Source of the DNA: Candidatus Multivoradales bacterium
GTDB taxonomy: Bacteria > Acidobacteriota > Thermoanaerobaculia > Multivoradales > J023
Direction of reading: 5' to 3'
Assembly: GCA_965248925.1 (NCBI GenBank)
Contig: CBDFLE010000006.1
Coordinates: 960,001 to 1,024,000 of the forward strand
Length of the DNA stretch: 64,000 nucleotides
The notes beneath the pieces were generated by a model. That model saw nothing but the letters and a program-made list of their open reading frames with translations, did not search any database and was not told where the DNA came from. Of this stretch, positions 18,284 through 29,139 are shown piece by piece (the first letter of the stretch is position 1; each line of letters opens with the position of its first letter). Made by a program: the position numbers and the translations under genes.

Positions 18284-19530
18284 GCGAACCACCGGACGCG
18301 GCTGCCCAGGGAGCCCTTTCCGGTATTCGCATCCTCGACCTGTCGCGAGTCCTCGCCGGCCCCTACTGCTCCATGGTGCTGGCCGACTATGGCGCCGAGG
18401 TGATCAAGGTCGAGAAGCCTGGCAGCGGCGACGGCACCCGCCAGTGGGGGCCACCCTGGGTGGGCAGCGAGAGTGCCTATTTCTTGAGCGTCAACCGCAA
18501 CAAGAAGAGCATTACTCTGGATCTTAAACAAGCCGCCGGCCGGGACCTGGCGCGCCGCCTAGCGAAGCGCAGCGACGTGTTGATCGAAAACTTCAAGCCA
18601 CGCACCGCCGCGCGTCTAGGGCTCGGCTACCCTCGACTGTCCACCGACAATCCGGGCTTGATCTACTGCTCGATCAGCGGCTACGGCCAGAGCGGCCCCT
18701 ACAGTGATCGACCCGGCTACGACGCGATGATCCAAGCCCAAGGAGGCATCATGTCGATCACCGGTCCGCGGGATGGCGAACCGCACAAAGTCGGGGTGGC
18801 GATTGTCGACATCTCCGCCGGCCTGTTTGCCGCCACCGCGATCCTCGCCGCCCTGCACTCGCGCCAGCAAACCGGCACTGGTCAGCACATCGATGTGGCG
18901 TTGCTCGATTCGCAGGTCGCTTGGCTGGCCAACGTGGCGCAGAACTACTTGGCCACCGGCGACCCGCCCTCCCGCCACGGCAATGCTCATCCCAATATCG
19001 TGCCCTACGAGACCCTGCCCACAGCCGACGGCCAGCTGGCTTTGGCGGTCGGTAGCGACCAGCAGTACGAACGCTTCTGCCACGCCGCGGACCGCCCTGA
19101 TCTGTGGGCCGATCTGCGCTTTCGCAGCAACGACGGACGGGTCACTCACCGGCAGGAGCTAGTGCCCAAACTACGACGTCTACTCGCTTCCAAGCCAACC
19201 GCGGACTGGCTGCGACTGCTGCTGGCGGCGGACATTCCAGCCAGCGCGGTCAATGACATTCCGGCGGTGCTCGCTGACCCCCAGGTCCGAGCCCGCGGCA
19301 TGGTGCAGTCGGCCGAGCACCCCACCCTGGGCAAAATCGATCTCCTCGGCCCGGTGGCCAAGCTCTCCGCCACGCCAGCCACGGTGCGCTCCGCGCCACC
19401 GCTGTTGGGCGCCGATACCGAGGCGGTGCTCGGCGACCTCCTCGGCTGTAGCGCGGCCGAGTTGCAGGAGCTGGCAGGCCAAGGAGTCACCCAGCCACGG
19501 CAAGGCTCGGACCTGGAGGCTAAGTCGTGA
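18280..19530 (+). CDS. Family III CoA transferase (CaiB/BaiF)
   Basis: LSGIRILDLSRVLAGP, GAEVIKVE, NRNKKS, GYGQSGP; ATGA start at 18280. Confidence 0.95.
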   Translation: MSEPPDAAAQGALSGIRILDLSRVLAGPYCSMVLADYGAEVIKVEKPGSGDGTRQWGPPWVGSESAYFLSVNRNKKSITLDLKQAAGRDLARRLAKRSDVLIENFKPRTAARLGLGYPRLSTDNPGLIYCSISGYGQSGPYSDRPGYDAMIQAQGGIMSITGPRDGEPHKVGVAIVDISAGLFAATAILAALHSRQQTGTGQHIDVALLDSQVAWLANVAQNYLATGDPPSRHGNAHPNIVPYETLPTADGQLALAVGSDQQYERFCHAADRPDLWADLRFRSNDGRVTHRQELVPKLRRLLASKPTADWLRLLLAADIPASAVNDIPAVLADPQVRARGMVQSAEHPTLGKIDLLGPVAKLSATPATVRSAPPLLGADTEAVLGDLLGCSAAELQELAGQGVTQPRQGSDLEAKS

Positions 19531-20525
19531 GCGGTGCGTCCCCACCGGTTCCGCGCACTGCCGTCGACAACAGTGCCGAGCTGATCGTCCGGCGGCTGCT
19601 GGCGGTCCGCCGAGGTGAGCAAGTCGCTCTGGTCTGCGACGACGAGAGTGAGATGGCGATGGTGGAAGCCCTGGCCAGGGCGATCGACGCGGTGGCCGGC
19701 GAGTTCACCATATTGCGCCAGCCATCGCGCGACACCGCCCGCAAGAACGAACTCAGTCCGGTGATCGAGCGCGGCCTCGAAGCGGCCGACTGCCTGATCG
19801 GCCTGACCCGCTCGGGAGGCGCTCCAACTTACGCCAAATCGGTGAAACGCCTACTCGACGCCCGCCGCTTGCGCAGCATCTCGATGGTGATGCGCAGTCT
19901 CGACAACTTCACCAGCGGCGGCGCCCTCGCCGACTACGACGCTTTGCACGCCGATGGCCTGGCGCTAGCCAGCATCTGGCAGCAGGCCGAACGTATTCGT
20001 ATCACCTCACCGGCCGGCACCGACTTGCTGGCACCGATCGCTGGCGAAGAGGTGATCATCGAATGCGGCTTCGCCACTAGGCCGGGCCAGGAGGCCGCCT
20101 TCTCGGACGGCGAGGTCTCGCAGATGCCGCGCCAGAACGCCGCCCAAGGGATCGTGGTCGTCGATGGACCGATTGCCCACCTGGGACTGCCCGGCGCGCC
20201 GATCACCCTGCGCATCGAGGCCGGGCGAGTCGCCACGGTAGAGGGTAGCGACCCGGTGGCCAAGGCCTTGCGCCGGATCATCACCACTATCGACCACGCC
20301 GACAACATCGCCGAGATCGGTATCGGCCTCAACCCGGCCTGCCGCCGCAACGGCGATTTCGAAGAAGAGAAGAAGGCCCGCGGCAATGTCCACATCGCCA
20401 TTGGCGATAACGTTTTCTACGGCGGCGCGGTGGAGTGCGCCGTGCACATGGACATGGTGCTTTACCGTCCGACCGTCGTGCTTGATGATCGGGCGGTCGT
20501 GGTCGAAGGCGAATTGCTGGAGTAA
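19527..20525 (+). CDS. M29/leucyl aminopeptidase-like metalloenzyme (NicX-like superfamily)
   Basis: ITSPAGTDL, DGEV, IAEIGIGLN, HIAIGDN, HMD. Confidence 0.8.
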   Translation: MSGASPPVPRTAVDNSAELIVRRLLAVRRGEQVALVCDDESEMAMVEALARAIDAVAGEFTILRQPSRDTARKNELSPVIERGLEAADCLIGLTRSGGAPTYAKSVKRLLDARRLRSISMVMRSLDNFTSGGALADYDALHADGLALASIWQQAERIRITSPAGTDLLAPIAGEEVIIECGFATRPGQEAAFSDGEVSQMPRQNAAQGIVVVDGPIAHLGLPGAPITLRIEAGRVATVEGSDPVAKALRRIITTIDHADNIAEIGIGLNPACRRNGDFEEEKKARGNVHIAIGDNVFYGGAVECAVHMDMVLYRPTVVLDDRAVVVEGELLE

Positions 20526-20559
20526 CCGCAAGGCGGCCACCCTCCGGAACTCTCTGAGA

Positions 20560-20800
20560 AGGCTGGGGCCGAGCTCCAGAAAAAACACCTGGCGCACCCC
20601 TCCAAAGTCTGGCGCTCGGGTCATGCGCTGGTCGCCGGCCCCTTCGAGGTTCCGGAGGAGGATTCGCTGCGCGGCATCGTCCTCTACCGCGGAGATCTCG
20701 CTGAAGGCGAGGTGCGCGAGCTAGCAGAGGCCGACCCGGCGGTGCGCGCCGGCCGGCTGAAGGTAGAGATCCGCCGCTGATGGACTGGCGGCGGGGTGCT
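20560..20800 (+). pseudogene. YCII-related domain remnant
   Basis: Manual translation gives ELQKKHLAH, then a frameshift, then LVAGPF...LRGIVLY...AEADPAVRAGRLKVEIRR*; no start codon. Confidence 0.6.
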
Positions 20801-20863
20801 GCGTTTTCGCAATGCGGAAGAGCTGGAGGCACTGCTCAAAGCCTGCGGCGGTGGCGACGAAAC

Positions 20864-21820
20864 CTAAGGACTCGGGGCTGGCGGCACCTTGCACTGGGCC
20901 CGGGGGGCCAGTACGGGCTGCCAAGAGCCATTCGAACACCCCGCGCTCAACACCACCACTACCGTCAAGGCGATCGCCAACAACAGCGCGCTGAGGCTTT
21001 GGTGGACGGCGTGAATCAGCGGAAAGCCAACCGGGGGAGGCCATGTTTCGCTGCTCGGCAGAGGTGCTTTGAGCATTGCCGCCATACCTAGCATCAGCTG
21101 TAGGATCGCCGCACTGAGCAATCCATAAACGCTCCACACGAGCGGCCCACGACGGCCTGAACTCGACACCCCGCCGAGCAGGAAGTTGATCCCACCCAGG
21201 ACTGCAAACGCCCCCATCACATGCAGGCCGAGGGCGATCAAATAGACCGAATCGGCCGGCGGATGGCGCACCACCGCACCCAGCAAGATCTGTAGCAGCA
21301 CCATGGCGAGCACCAGCCGCGCCCGTCGCCCTAGGCCCGCATCAGCCGGCGACCGCCAGCGAGTCGAGCTGGCGACGGCGACCAGCACAGTTCCCGAGAA
21401 GATCAGTTGCGAAAGCAGCACATGAAGAACCAACAGCAACGGCGGCAAGAAGTGCCACACCATCACACCGCCGAGGCCGATTTGCAGTAGATCTGCGACC
21501 AGCAGGGCAAAACCTAGACGGCGCAGCCAAGGCCGCGACCGGCAGCTGGCCAGGCGGCCAGCGAGCAGCAGGATCAACACCCCTGAGGATGCTGCCGCCA
21601 ACCGGTGCAGGCTGACCCAAGAAGCGTTGCCTTGCCAGGCCCACGGCAGCCAGCGACCGTAAGTCAGCGGCCAATCAGGTACCGCCAATCCGCCTCGAAA
21701 GCTGTGTACCCAGCTGCCGGCGACGATCACCGCCAGGGTCATCAAAGCTGCCGCCCAGGCCAGCAGCCCGGTCCAACCCTCCGACGGCAATGGGTTGGAG
21801 GCGCCCCCGCTGAGCGGCAT
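20864..21820 (-). CDS. COX15/CtaA heme A synthase-like membrane protein
   Basis: GLAVPDWP, HRLAA, LQIGLGG, HVLLSQ, QILLGAVVRH; about 8 TM helices. Confidence 0.8.
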   Translation of the reverse strand: MPLSGGASNPLPSEGWTGLLAWAAALMTLAVIVAGSWVHSFRGGLAVPDWPLTYGRWLPWAWQGNASWVSLHRLAAASSGVLILLLAGRLASCRSRPWLRRLGFALLVADLLQIGLGGVMVWHFLPPLLLVLHVLLSQLIFSGTVLVAVASSTRWRSPADAGLGRRARLVLAMVLLQILLGAVVRHPPADSVYLIALGLHVMGAFAVLGGINFLLGGVSSSGRRGPLVWSVYGLLSAAILQLMLGMAAMLKAPLPSSETWPPPVGFPLIHAVHQSLSALLLAIALTVVVVLSAGCSNGSWQPVLAPRAQCKVPPAPSP

Positions 21821-22092
21821 GGTGTCCTCCACAGGCGTCATTGGACGGTCTGCCGCTGAGCCGCCATGCCCCGCCAAAAGCTGCCGGCACAGCAGGTGCC
21901 AAGCCGTGGCAGAACGGCACGAGAGTTGCTGTTGCAGCCACCATGTTCTGGTTCAGACCGGCTCACTCGCCGCCGAGATCCGAAGTCTGGGGCTGATAAG
22001 CTGCAAGCTGGACTCGGCAAGACCGTCCAAGCTTCGAAGCTCGTCGCGCAACGCCCAAGGCGACGGACCATCAACATCCAAGGAGCGAAAGC

Positions 22093-22683
22093 ATGAATAT
22101 TCAACGGAGAGTTTCCACTCTGCCGATCATCCACGCCCTGACCACCCTCTGCTGTCTGACCTTGTGGGTCGCCATTCCGGCTACCGCTCAGCCTTTCGAC
22201 GATGGAGATTGGGAGGTCGCGGTCGATTTCGGCCTCACTGATTGGGACCGGAACGTCTCCAATGACGACTCCGGCACCCGCCTTGGCATCCGCGCGGGAC
22301 GCTTCATGACCGACCACTTCGAGCTCGAACTGCAGTACTTCGAGATGGAGGCGGACGAAGCCGGCGTCGACATCACGTCGAGTAACTTGTTCGTCAACGG
22401 AACGTGGAATTTCTACCCCAACCAGAGGCTGGGGCTTTACACCCTGCTTGGCCTCGGCTCCACTGACGTTGACGTCGAGTTCAGCGACCGCGGTCAGTTG
22501 TTTCGCGCCAGCGACAGCGGTTTTGCCTTTCAAGCCGCCATCGGCCTGCGTTTCTTCTTCGCCGATGAAGACCGCGGGAACTTCCGCCTGGAACTGTCGT
22601 CGTTGACCGAGGATTCTTTCAGCGCCACCTCGAGCCACCTCAGCCTGACCGCTGGCGTCGGTTGGCGTTTCGGCGGCTATTGA
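22093..22683 (+). CDS. Outer-membrane beta-barrel protein (OmpA-like TM domain)
   Basis: Signal peptide, alternating amphipathic strands, LTAGVGWRF near the C-terminus. Confidence 0.85.
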   Translation: MNIQRRVSTLPIIHALTTLCCLTLWVAIPATAQPFDDGDWEVAVDFGLTDWDRNVSNDDSGTRLGIRAGRFMTDHFELELQYFEMEADEAGVDITSSNLFVNGTWNFYPNQRLGLYTLLGLGSTDVDVEFSDRGQLFRASDSGFAFQAAIGLRFFFADEDRGNFRLELSSLTEDSFSATSSHLSLTAGVGWRFGGY

Positions 22684-22759
22684 TCGCCGGCAGCCGACCG
22701 GCGCAGCGGAAGACCCGTAGGGCGGCTCGTCACCGCCCGGCGGCGCCCAACGCCTTCGT

Positions 22760-23497
22760 TCAATCCTCATCCTCGGCTGGGAAGAGTAGGTTCTCGACCA
22801 CCTCCTCGCCGCGCAGGCGAAGCTCGCAGGTCGGCTTGCCGAGGGGCTCCAGAGTGCGATCCGGGTGACAAAGCAGGGCACCGCCAAATGGCACCCCGTA
22901 GCCTGGGGTGTGCGGGCCCGCTCGCTGAACCCCTTCCTTGAGAGTCCGCCAGCCACTGGCCTCCTCGTGGGCACCGATCAGGTAAGGCAGGATCTTGGAG
23001 GTCTCGATCCACTCACCGGTCGGACTCCAGCCACCCAGACCTAGCTGGACCGAGCCTGCGGAAACACCGATCAACAGGGCTCCCTCGCGATGGCGACGCT
23101 CCAAGCTAGATGCCAGGCCATTGCGCTCGAAAGCCCGCCAGCCGCGCTCCACATCGCCACCGGCGAGCAAGATCAGATGAGCGTCTTCGAAGAAGTGAAA
23201 ATCCTCGGCCTCCAGCTCGCTCGGGATCATCCGCCGCTGCTCGACACCGGCCTCGTCCATCGCCGCCTCGAAGATCGAGTAGAAGGATGGATCGTCGCCA
23301 TTGGACGCGCCGACATAGGCCGCCAACGGCCGCGGGGTGGGCAGCTGTCGGCACAGCGAGCCGAGGAAGGACTCGCCGCCGCGGCGCCAGAATAGCGGCT
23401 GGCTATCAGCGAACAAATAGATCGGCTGCACATGAGCGCCAGGCTCTGCGTAGCGGATCTGGTCTAGTGCATCGGGCTCAACTGGGTTCTCGCTCAC
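22760..23497 (-). CDS. Peptidase S51/cyanophycinase-like protein
   Basis: ILLAGGD, IGVSAG nucleophile, GAH. Confidence 0.8.
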   Translation of the reverse strand: MSENPVEPDALDQIRYAEPGAHVQPIYLFADSQPLFWRRGGESFLGSLCRQLPTPRPLAAYVGASNGDDPSFYSIFEAAMDEAGVEQRRMIPSELEAEDFHFFEDAHLILLAGGDVERGWRAFERNGLASSLERRHREGALLIGVSAGSVQLGLGGWSPTGEWIETSKILPYLIGAHEEASGWRTLKEGVQRAGPHTPGYGVPFGGALLCHPDRTLEPLGKPTCELRLRGEEVVENLLFPAEDED

Positions 23498-23803
23498 TAA
23501 TAGACTCCATCCGAAAGAAGGCCGAATCTATCAGCCCAACAGCCACCAGCGGCCCCACGAAGAGAATCTTCCACCGCCGACGACCAGATTCGACCGCCAA
23601 CTACGCGCCCTCCATGAAGGCGCTGATCGACAACGTTGGAGCGAAACTTCTTGGGCCTGGGACTGACACAAAATGGCCGTCGCTGGCAGCGCAATCCGCA
23701 GCATCAGGGGGAGCAACCGGGCAGGCCGAACCTTCCCGCCAGCCAAAGCCCGCGGGCAGGAAGGACCAGTACATTTAGAACGAGCAGGTGGAGCGGCAGA
23801 CGC

Positions 23804-24259
23804 CTACAAGCTGCGCTTCTTGCGCCGCAGATTGCGTCGGCTGCCCTTGGGCCGGGCGATACGTGCCGCGGCACCGCCGCCGGCACCGCCGCCGCCGCCG
23901 CCGCCGCCGCGGGGGGCACCACCGCCCCAATCGGACTCGAAGAAATCGCCGCCGCCCGCTGGCGGGCCACCACCGTAACGCGGGCCACGAGGCATTCGCG
24001 GTGAACGCGGACGGCGCTCAGCCGCCTCGCTCACCCGCAGCTGGCGTCCGCCAAGCTCATGCCCATCAAGTTTCTCGACCGCCTTGACGGCTTCTTCAGA
24101 GCTGGCGAACTCGACGAAGGCAAAGCCTCGCGGTCGGCCGGTGGCGCGATCGGTGGGGATAAACAGGTCGACGACTTCACCCACGTCGCCAAACAGGGTG
24201 GCGAGCTCGTCGCGAGTGGTTTGGAAGTTCAGATTGCCGACGAAAAGCTTGGCTGCGAT
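23804..24259 (-). CDS. RRM RNA-binding protein with Gly-rich tail; apparent ATC start
   Basis: KLFVGNL (RNP2) lies upstream of the ORF-track start; RGFAFVEF (RNP1). Confidence 0.92.
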   Translation of the reverse strand: MAAKLFVGNLNFQTTRDELATLFGDVGEVVDLFIPTDRATGRPRGFAFVEFASSEEAVKAVEKLDGHELGGRQLRVSEAAERRPRSPRMPRGPRYGGGPPAGGGDFFESDWGGGAPRGGGGGGGGAGGGAAARIARPKGSRRNLRRKKRSL

Positions 24260-24431
24260 GACCTTTTCCTCTCTAATTCAGTGAACGTATACAAGGGGAT
24301 GTTAGCCGAGCAGCCGGCGACTGTCAAAACCCTATTTGCAAAGCCAATTATCTCTCCCTCCGCCGCCATCCCCCGCGCTTCGCGCGGCAGCCTATGGACG
24401 CGGAGCCAAAGAGCCCTTGGCCGCCGCCGAC

Positions 24432-26387
24432 TCAGCGCTGCAAGTAGGTGTAGCCCTCCAGGCCTTGGCAGTAGAGGTCGATCAGCTGCCGGGCCTGCGA
24501 ACGATTCATGCGGCCGGCCTCGAGGGCACCCTCGATATTGCGACGCAGCTGGCGTAGCAGCTGGCGATCATCATACTCGACATAGGCCAACACCTCGCTG
24601 ATGGTATCTCCCGGTACGACGTGCTCAATCCGGTATCCACCGTCCTGGTCGAGCGAGGCGTGCACGGCATGGGTGTCGCCGAATAGATTGTGCAGATCGC
24701 CGAGGATCTCCTGATAGGCACCCACCAGGAAAGCTCCCAGGTAGTAGGGCTGCTGGTCGAGGGAGTGCAGCTCGAGTTCAGGCTGGCCACCCGGCGGGCC
24801 AATGAAGCAGTCGACAACCCCGTCCGAATCGCAAGTTATGTCGGCCAGCACACCACGACGGCTGGGGAACTCATCCAGGCGATGGATCGGCATCAGCGGG
24901 AAAAGCTGGTCGATGGCCCAAGTATCGGGTAACGACTGGAACAAGGAGAAGTTGGTGAAGTAGATGTCCGCAAGCCGCCGGCCGAGAACCTCAAGCTCAC
25001 CGGCAGGTGCGGCGCAGGCGGCACGCTGCAACTGCCAAACCCGACGACAGAGGGCCTCGAAGATGTCTTCAGCCAGCACTCGCTCCTCAAGCGACAAGTG
25101 GCCAAGATTAAACAGGCTGAGGCATTCGTCGCGATACTGCAAGGCGTCGTGATACGCCTGGCGGCAGGTCGTCGCGTTGAGCCCATGAAAGGCCTGCAGC
25201 AGATGCACCAAGGGCGGCTCGGCGTCGGCGGGAGGTGCCGACGGGATCTCAACCCGCCGCGGCTGGCGCACGTCGAGGACTTCGAGCACTAACACCGCAT
25301 GGTGCGCCACCGTCGCTCGGCCAGCTTCGCTCACCACCACCGGATGGGGCACTCCCTCGGCATCACAGATCTCTTGAATACCGAAAATCACGCCGTTGGC
25401 GTACTCCTGCAGGGAGTAGTCGATCGACGAGCCCGCGCTCGACCGCGAGCCGTCGTAGTCGACCCCGAGACCACCGCCTACATCGAAGTAGCCCAAGGGC
25501 GCGCCGAGGCGGATCAACTGCACGTAGACCCGCGCCGCCTCACGCCAGGCTTCCTTGAGATTGCGAATCGAAGAGACTTGGCTACCGAGGTGAAAGTGCA
25601 ACAGTTCGAGCCGGTCGAGCAAACCCCGACGGCGCAGCAGCGCCACCGCCTCGACCATCTCGCGAGCGCCGAGGCCAAATTTGGAGCGCGCACCCGCAGA
25701 AGCCTGCCAATGGCCCGAACCGCGGGTCGCCAGCCGGGCGCGCAGGCCAAGCCGCGGCGCAACCCCAGTTCGCTGAGCCACCTGCAATATCAGCGGCAGC
25801 TCTGCCGGCTTCTCCAGCACCAGGATGACCCGCGGCCCAAGTCGCGACGCCAGCAGAGCCGCCTCGATGTACTGCTCATCCTTGTAGCCGTTGCAGATCA
25901 CCAAAGCCTCAGGATTGTCGAGCAGCGACATCACCGCCAGCAGCTCAGGCTTGCTGCCGGCTTCCAGGCCATAGTGAAACGGCCGGCCGGCCGCCACCAG
26001 CTCTTCGACCAGAAAGCGGTTCTGATTCACCTTGATCGGGTAGACCGGGCGATAGGCAGCCTGGTAGCCATGGGCTGCGATGGCGTTGGCGAAGGCACTT
26101 TGAATCTCCGCCAACCGTGCCTTGAGGACATCGGAGAAGCGAATCAGCAGCGGCGGATCGATGCCCCGTTCGACGATCTCATCCACCAACCGTTTGAGAT
26201 CCAGCCCGCCACTACCGACCACCTCCGGCGCCACCTCGATGTGGCCGCGGGGGTTGATCGAGAAAAATCCTCGGCCCCAACTGTCGACCCGGTAGAGCTC
26301 GCGAGAATCTTTGATCGTCCAGCAGGCCTCGGCGGGGCGCGAAGACGGTCTTGCGGCATTGGCTCGGAGTCGGCTGGACATCGGCAT
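24432..26387 (-). CDS. speA: Biosynthetic arginine decarboxylase
   Basis: YPIKVNQ (PLP lysine), GLEAGSKPEL, HFHLGSQ, DITCDSDG, GAYQEILGDLHNLFGD. Confidence 0.96.
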   Translation of the reverse strand: MPMSSRLRANAARPSSRPAEACWTIKDSRELYRVDSWGRGFFSINPRGHIEVAPEVVGSGGLDLKRLVDEIVERGIDPPLLIRFSDVLKARLAEIQSAFANAIAAHGYQAAYRPVYPIKVNQNRFLVEELVAAGRPFHYGLEAGSKPELLAVMSLLDNPEALVICNGYKDEQYIEAALLASRLGPRVILVLEKPAELPLILQVAQRTGVAPRLGLRARLATRGSGHWQASAGARSKFGLGAREMVEAVALLRRRGLLDRLELLHFHLGSQVSSIRNLKEAWREAARVYVQLIRLGAPLGYFDVGGGLGVDYDGSRSSAGSSIDYSLQEYANGVIFGIQEICDAEGVPHPVVVSEAGRATVAHHAVLVLEVLDVRQPRRVEIPSAPPADAEPPLVHLLQAFHGLNATTCRQAYHDALQYRDECLSLFNLGHLSLEERVLAEDIFEALCRRVWQLQRAACAAPAGELEVLGRRLADIYFTNFSLFQSLPDTWAIDQLFPLMPIHRLDEFPSRRGVLADITCDSDGVVDCFIGPPGGQPELELHSLDQQPYYLGAFLVGAYQEILGDLHNLFGDTHAVHASLDQDGGYRIEHVVPGDTISEVLAYVEYDDRQLLRQLRRNIEGALEAGRMNRSQARQLIDLYCQGLEGYTYLQR

Positions 26388-26850
26388 GGCCCTCGCGGTC
26401 TGGCGCCCTCGGAATCTGACCCACCGATCCGACCCTCCAGCAGAAGGAACCATCCCAGGAAAGGAGTGGGTTCTAGCACGCGGATGAACGGCCTCGGCGA
26501 CAAGATCCGGCAGTGATCGAAGTCTGGTCTGAGGCCCACGGCCCACGACAATCTACAACTCTAGCAAGGCTGTCGACCAGCTTCTAGAAGGAAACACCGA
26601 GAACCACCGGGTGATCACCTGGAGCCTATCGGTTAGCAATCTAAGTATGCTAAAATTATAGGTTAGCTATTCAAGCTATTCAGATGTCAAGAGGAGTGCG
26701 AGGTCTTGGTGGAGGTCTCTCCCTAAGGGTTCTTGAGTGTCTGCAATCTAGTAATTTCTCTTTATCGACTAGGAAAAAAGCGTTTCTATTCGGTTCGTAG
26801 GTCTGTTTCTTTTACGGACCGCTGCCCGTGGAGCGGTTCAGTTATCCGCT

Positions 26851-28344
26851 GTGATGCCGATCGAGACTGATATTTTCATCAGTTACGCCCACCTCGACAA
26901 CGAGGTCGTCGGAGCTGAGACCGAAGGGTGGATCTCATGCTTCCACCGCTCTCTGGAAGTCCGCTTGGCCCAGCTGCTGGGTCACAAGCCACGGATCTGG
27001 CGCGATCCCAAGCTGCAGGGAAACGACTACTTCGGCGACGAGGTCAGCGAGCAGCTGCCCCGCGTGGCCACCCTGATCCCGGTCTTGACGCCACGCTATA
27101 TCCGCTCCGAATAGTGCCAGCGAGAGCTGGAGACTTTCCTGGCCGAAAGCCGCTACGCCGGCCGCGAGCGGATCGGCAACCAGGCCACGGTTTTCAAGAT
27201 CGTCAAGACACCGATCCCGATCACCGAGCAACCCACGCCGATCCAGGACCTGCTGGGCTACGACTTCTTCAAGCTCGACCCCAAAACTCTGCGAGTTCGC
27301 GAGCTCAGCCAATCACAGGAATCTGAATACCAGCGCGAATACTGGGCTCGCTTCGAAGATCTGGCACAGGACATCGGCAAGCTGCTCGAGCAGCTTGCCG
27401 ACGACGACCCACCCTCTACCCCGGCAGCCGGCCAGAGAAACCGGGGCAAGGTCTATCTGGCCGACACCACCTTCGACCTGCGCGAGTCCCGCGACGCCCT
27501 GAAGCGCGACCTGCAGCAGCACTGCTACACCGTGCTGCCCGACCGCACTTTGCCACCGATCGCTCCGGAGCTCGAAGCTACGGTTGCTGCGGGGCTGGCC
27601 GAGACGGCCCTCTCGATCCACCCGATCGGCGCCAATTACGGCTTCGTTCCTGAAGGCGCCACTTGCTCGGTGCTGGAGATCCAGAATGAGCTGGCCATCG
27701 CTCGCCATATCGAGGGCGGCATGCAGCGGTTGATCTGGATCCCCTCCGATCTGGTGATCGAGGATCCGCGTCAGCTCGCTTTCGTCGACCTACTGCGCCA
27801 GGACACGCGTGCTCAAACCGGCGCTGATCTGATGGAGACCACGCTCGAAGACTTCAAGCTGGTCATGCATCAGAAGCTCGCCCCACCACCTGAAGACGAA
27901 GCTACCGATGGCGATAGTGATGGCGATGGCGACCCGCTGCAACGCGTCTACCTGATCTGCGATCGGCGCGATTTCGAAGCCGTCGCGACCCTTGAAGACC
28001 GTCTCGTTGACCTTGGCTTCGAGGTCATCCTGCCGGCCTTCGACGGCGACGAGGCGCAGGTCCGCGAAGACCACCTGGAGAATCTCAAAATCTGTCAGGC
28101 GGTGCTGATCTTCTGGGGTCAGGCCAACGAGTTCTGGCTCCGCGCCAAGCTGCGCGACCTGCTCAAGATCGGTGGCTACGGTCGCCGCCAGCCCCTGGCT
28201 GCCAAAGCGATCTGGGTAGGCTCGCCAGCCAGCCCACGCAAGCAGCGTCTACGCACCCATGAGGCCGCAGTGATCCATGCCGAGGCCGGCTTCGACGACG
28301 CCCTCCTCGGCCCATTCCTGGAACATCTGGCAACCCCCGAGTGA
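26851..28344 (+). pseudogene. TIR-domain protein interrupted by one in-frame TAG (27112-27114)
   Basis: DIFISYAHLDN...YIRSE*CQREL; the frame continues unbroken into ORF 27532..28344. Confidence 0.8.
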
Positions 28345-29139
28345 TGAGCTGCGTTCAGCCAATCAACCTCGACAACCCGTTTCCGGGCCTGCGCGCCTTC
28401 GAACCAGAAGAGGAGCATCTGTTCTTTGGCCGCGAAGAGCAGGTCGACGAGCTGATGCGGCGACTGCGTCGCACCCGTTTCCTGACCGTCGTCGGCAGCT
28501 CGGGCAGCGGCAAATCGTCGCTGGTGCGCTCGGGATTGATCCCGGCGCTGCACAGCGGCTACATGGTGGAGGCCGGCTCGAGCTGGCGCATCACCGTCTT
28601 CAGGCCCGGCGACGATCCGATCGGCAACCTTGCCGAAGCGTTGGTCGATCCGGAGGTGATCGGTGATCCCGAGCAGCCGCCGGCGATGCTGCGCGGCATC
28701 CTCGAAGCAACCTTACGACGCGGCAACCGCGGCCTGCTCGAGGCGGTTCGCCAGGCCAAGATGGGGAAGCACGACAACCTGATGTTGGTGGTCGATCAGT
28801 TCGAGGAGATCTTCCGCTTCAAGCGTAGCGCCAACAAATCGGCGGTGGGCGATGCCGCCGCCTTTCTCAAGCTGCTGCTTGAAGCCGCCAAGCCAGACGA
28901 TCTGCGAGTCTACATAGTGCTCACCATGCGCTCCGATTTCCTCGGTAGCTGTGTCGAATTCCACCGTTTGCCAGAAGCGATCAACCAAGGCCAGTACCTC
29001 GTACCGCGGATGACCCGTGACGAACGTCGGGCGGCGATCGAAAGCCCAGTGGCGGTAGCCGGTGGCGAGATCTCTCCCCGCCTGTCGCTGCGACTGCTCA
29101 ATGATGTCGGTGACAATCCCGATCAGCTGCCGATCCTGC
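28341..29139 (+). pseudogene. nSTAND1-type NTPase, truncated after DQLPIL
   Basis: NPFPGLRAF, FFGRE, GSSGSGKSS, VVDQFEE, TMRSDF; abruptly joined to a TonB plug sequence. Confidence 0.85.

Noticed and set aside
23866-23930. GCC/CCG microsatellite
   Set aside because: It encodes the Gly-rich tail typical of RRM proteins.
25299-26516. Long antisense ORFs (also 34784..35863, 38365..39465, 55803..56882, 12239..13036)
   Set aside because: Shadow ORFs expected opposite high-GC genes; no motifs.
27112-27114. Programmed amber readthrough (pyrrolysine or recoding)
   Set aside because: The codon replaces a conserved Trp (TGG to TAG), neighbouring genes are also decayed, and TAG is a normal stop elsewhere in the window.
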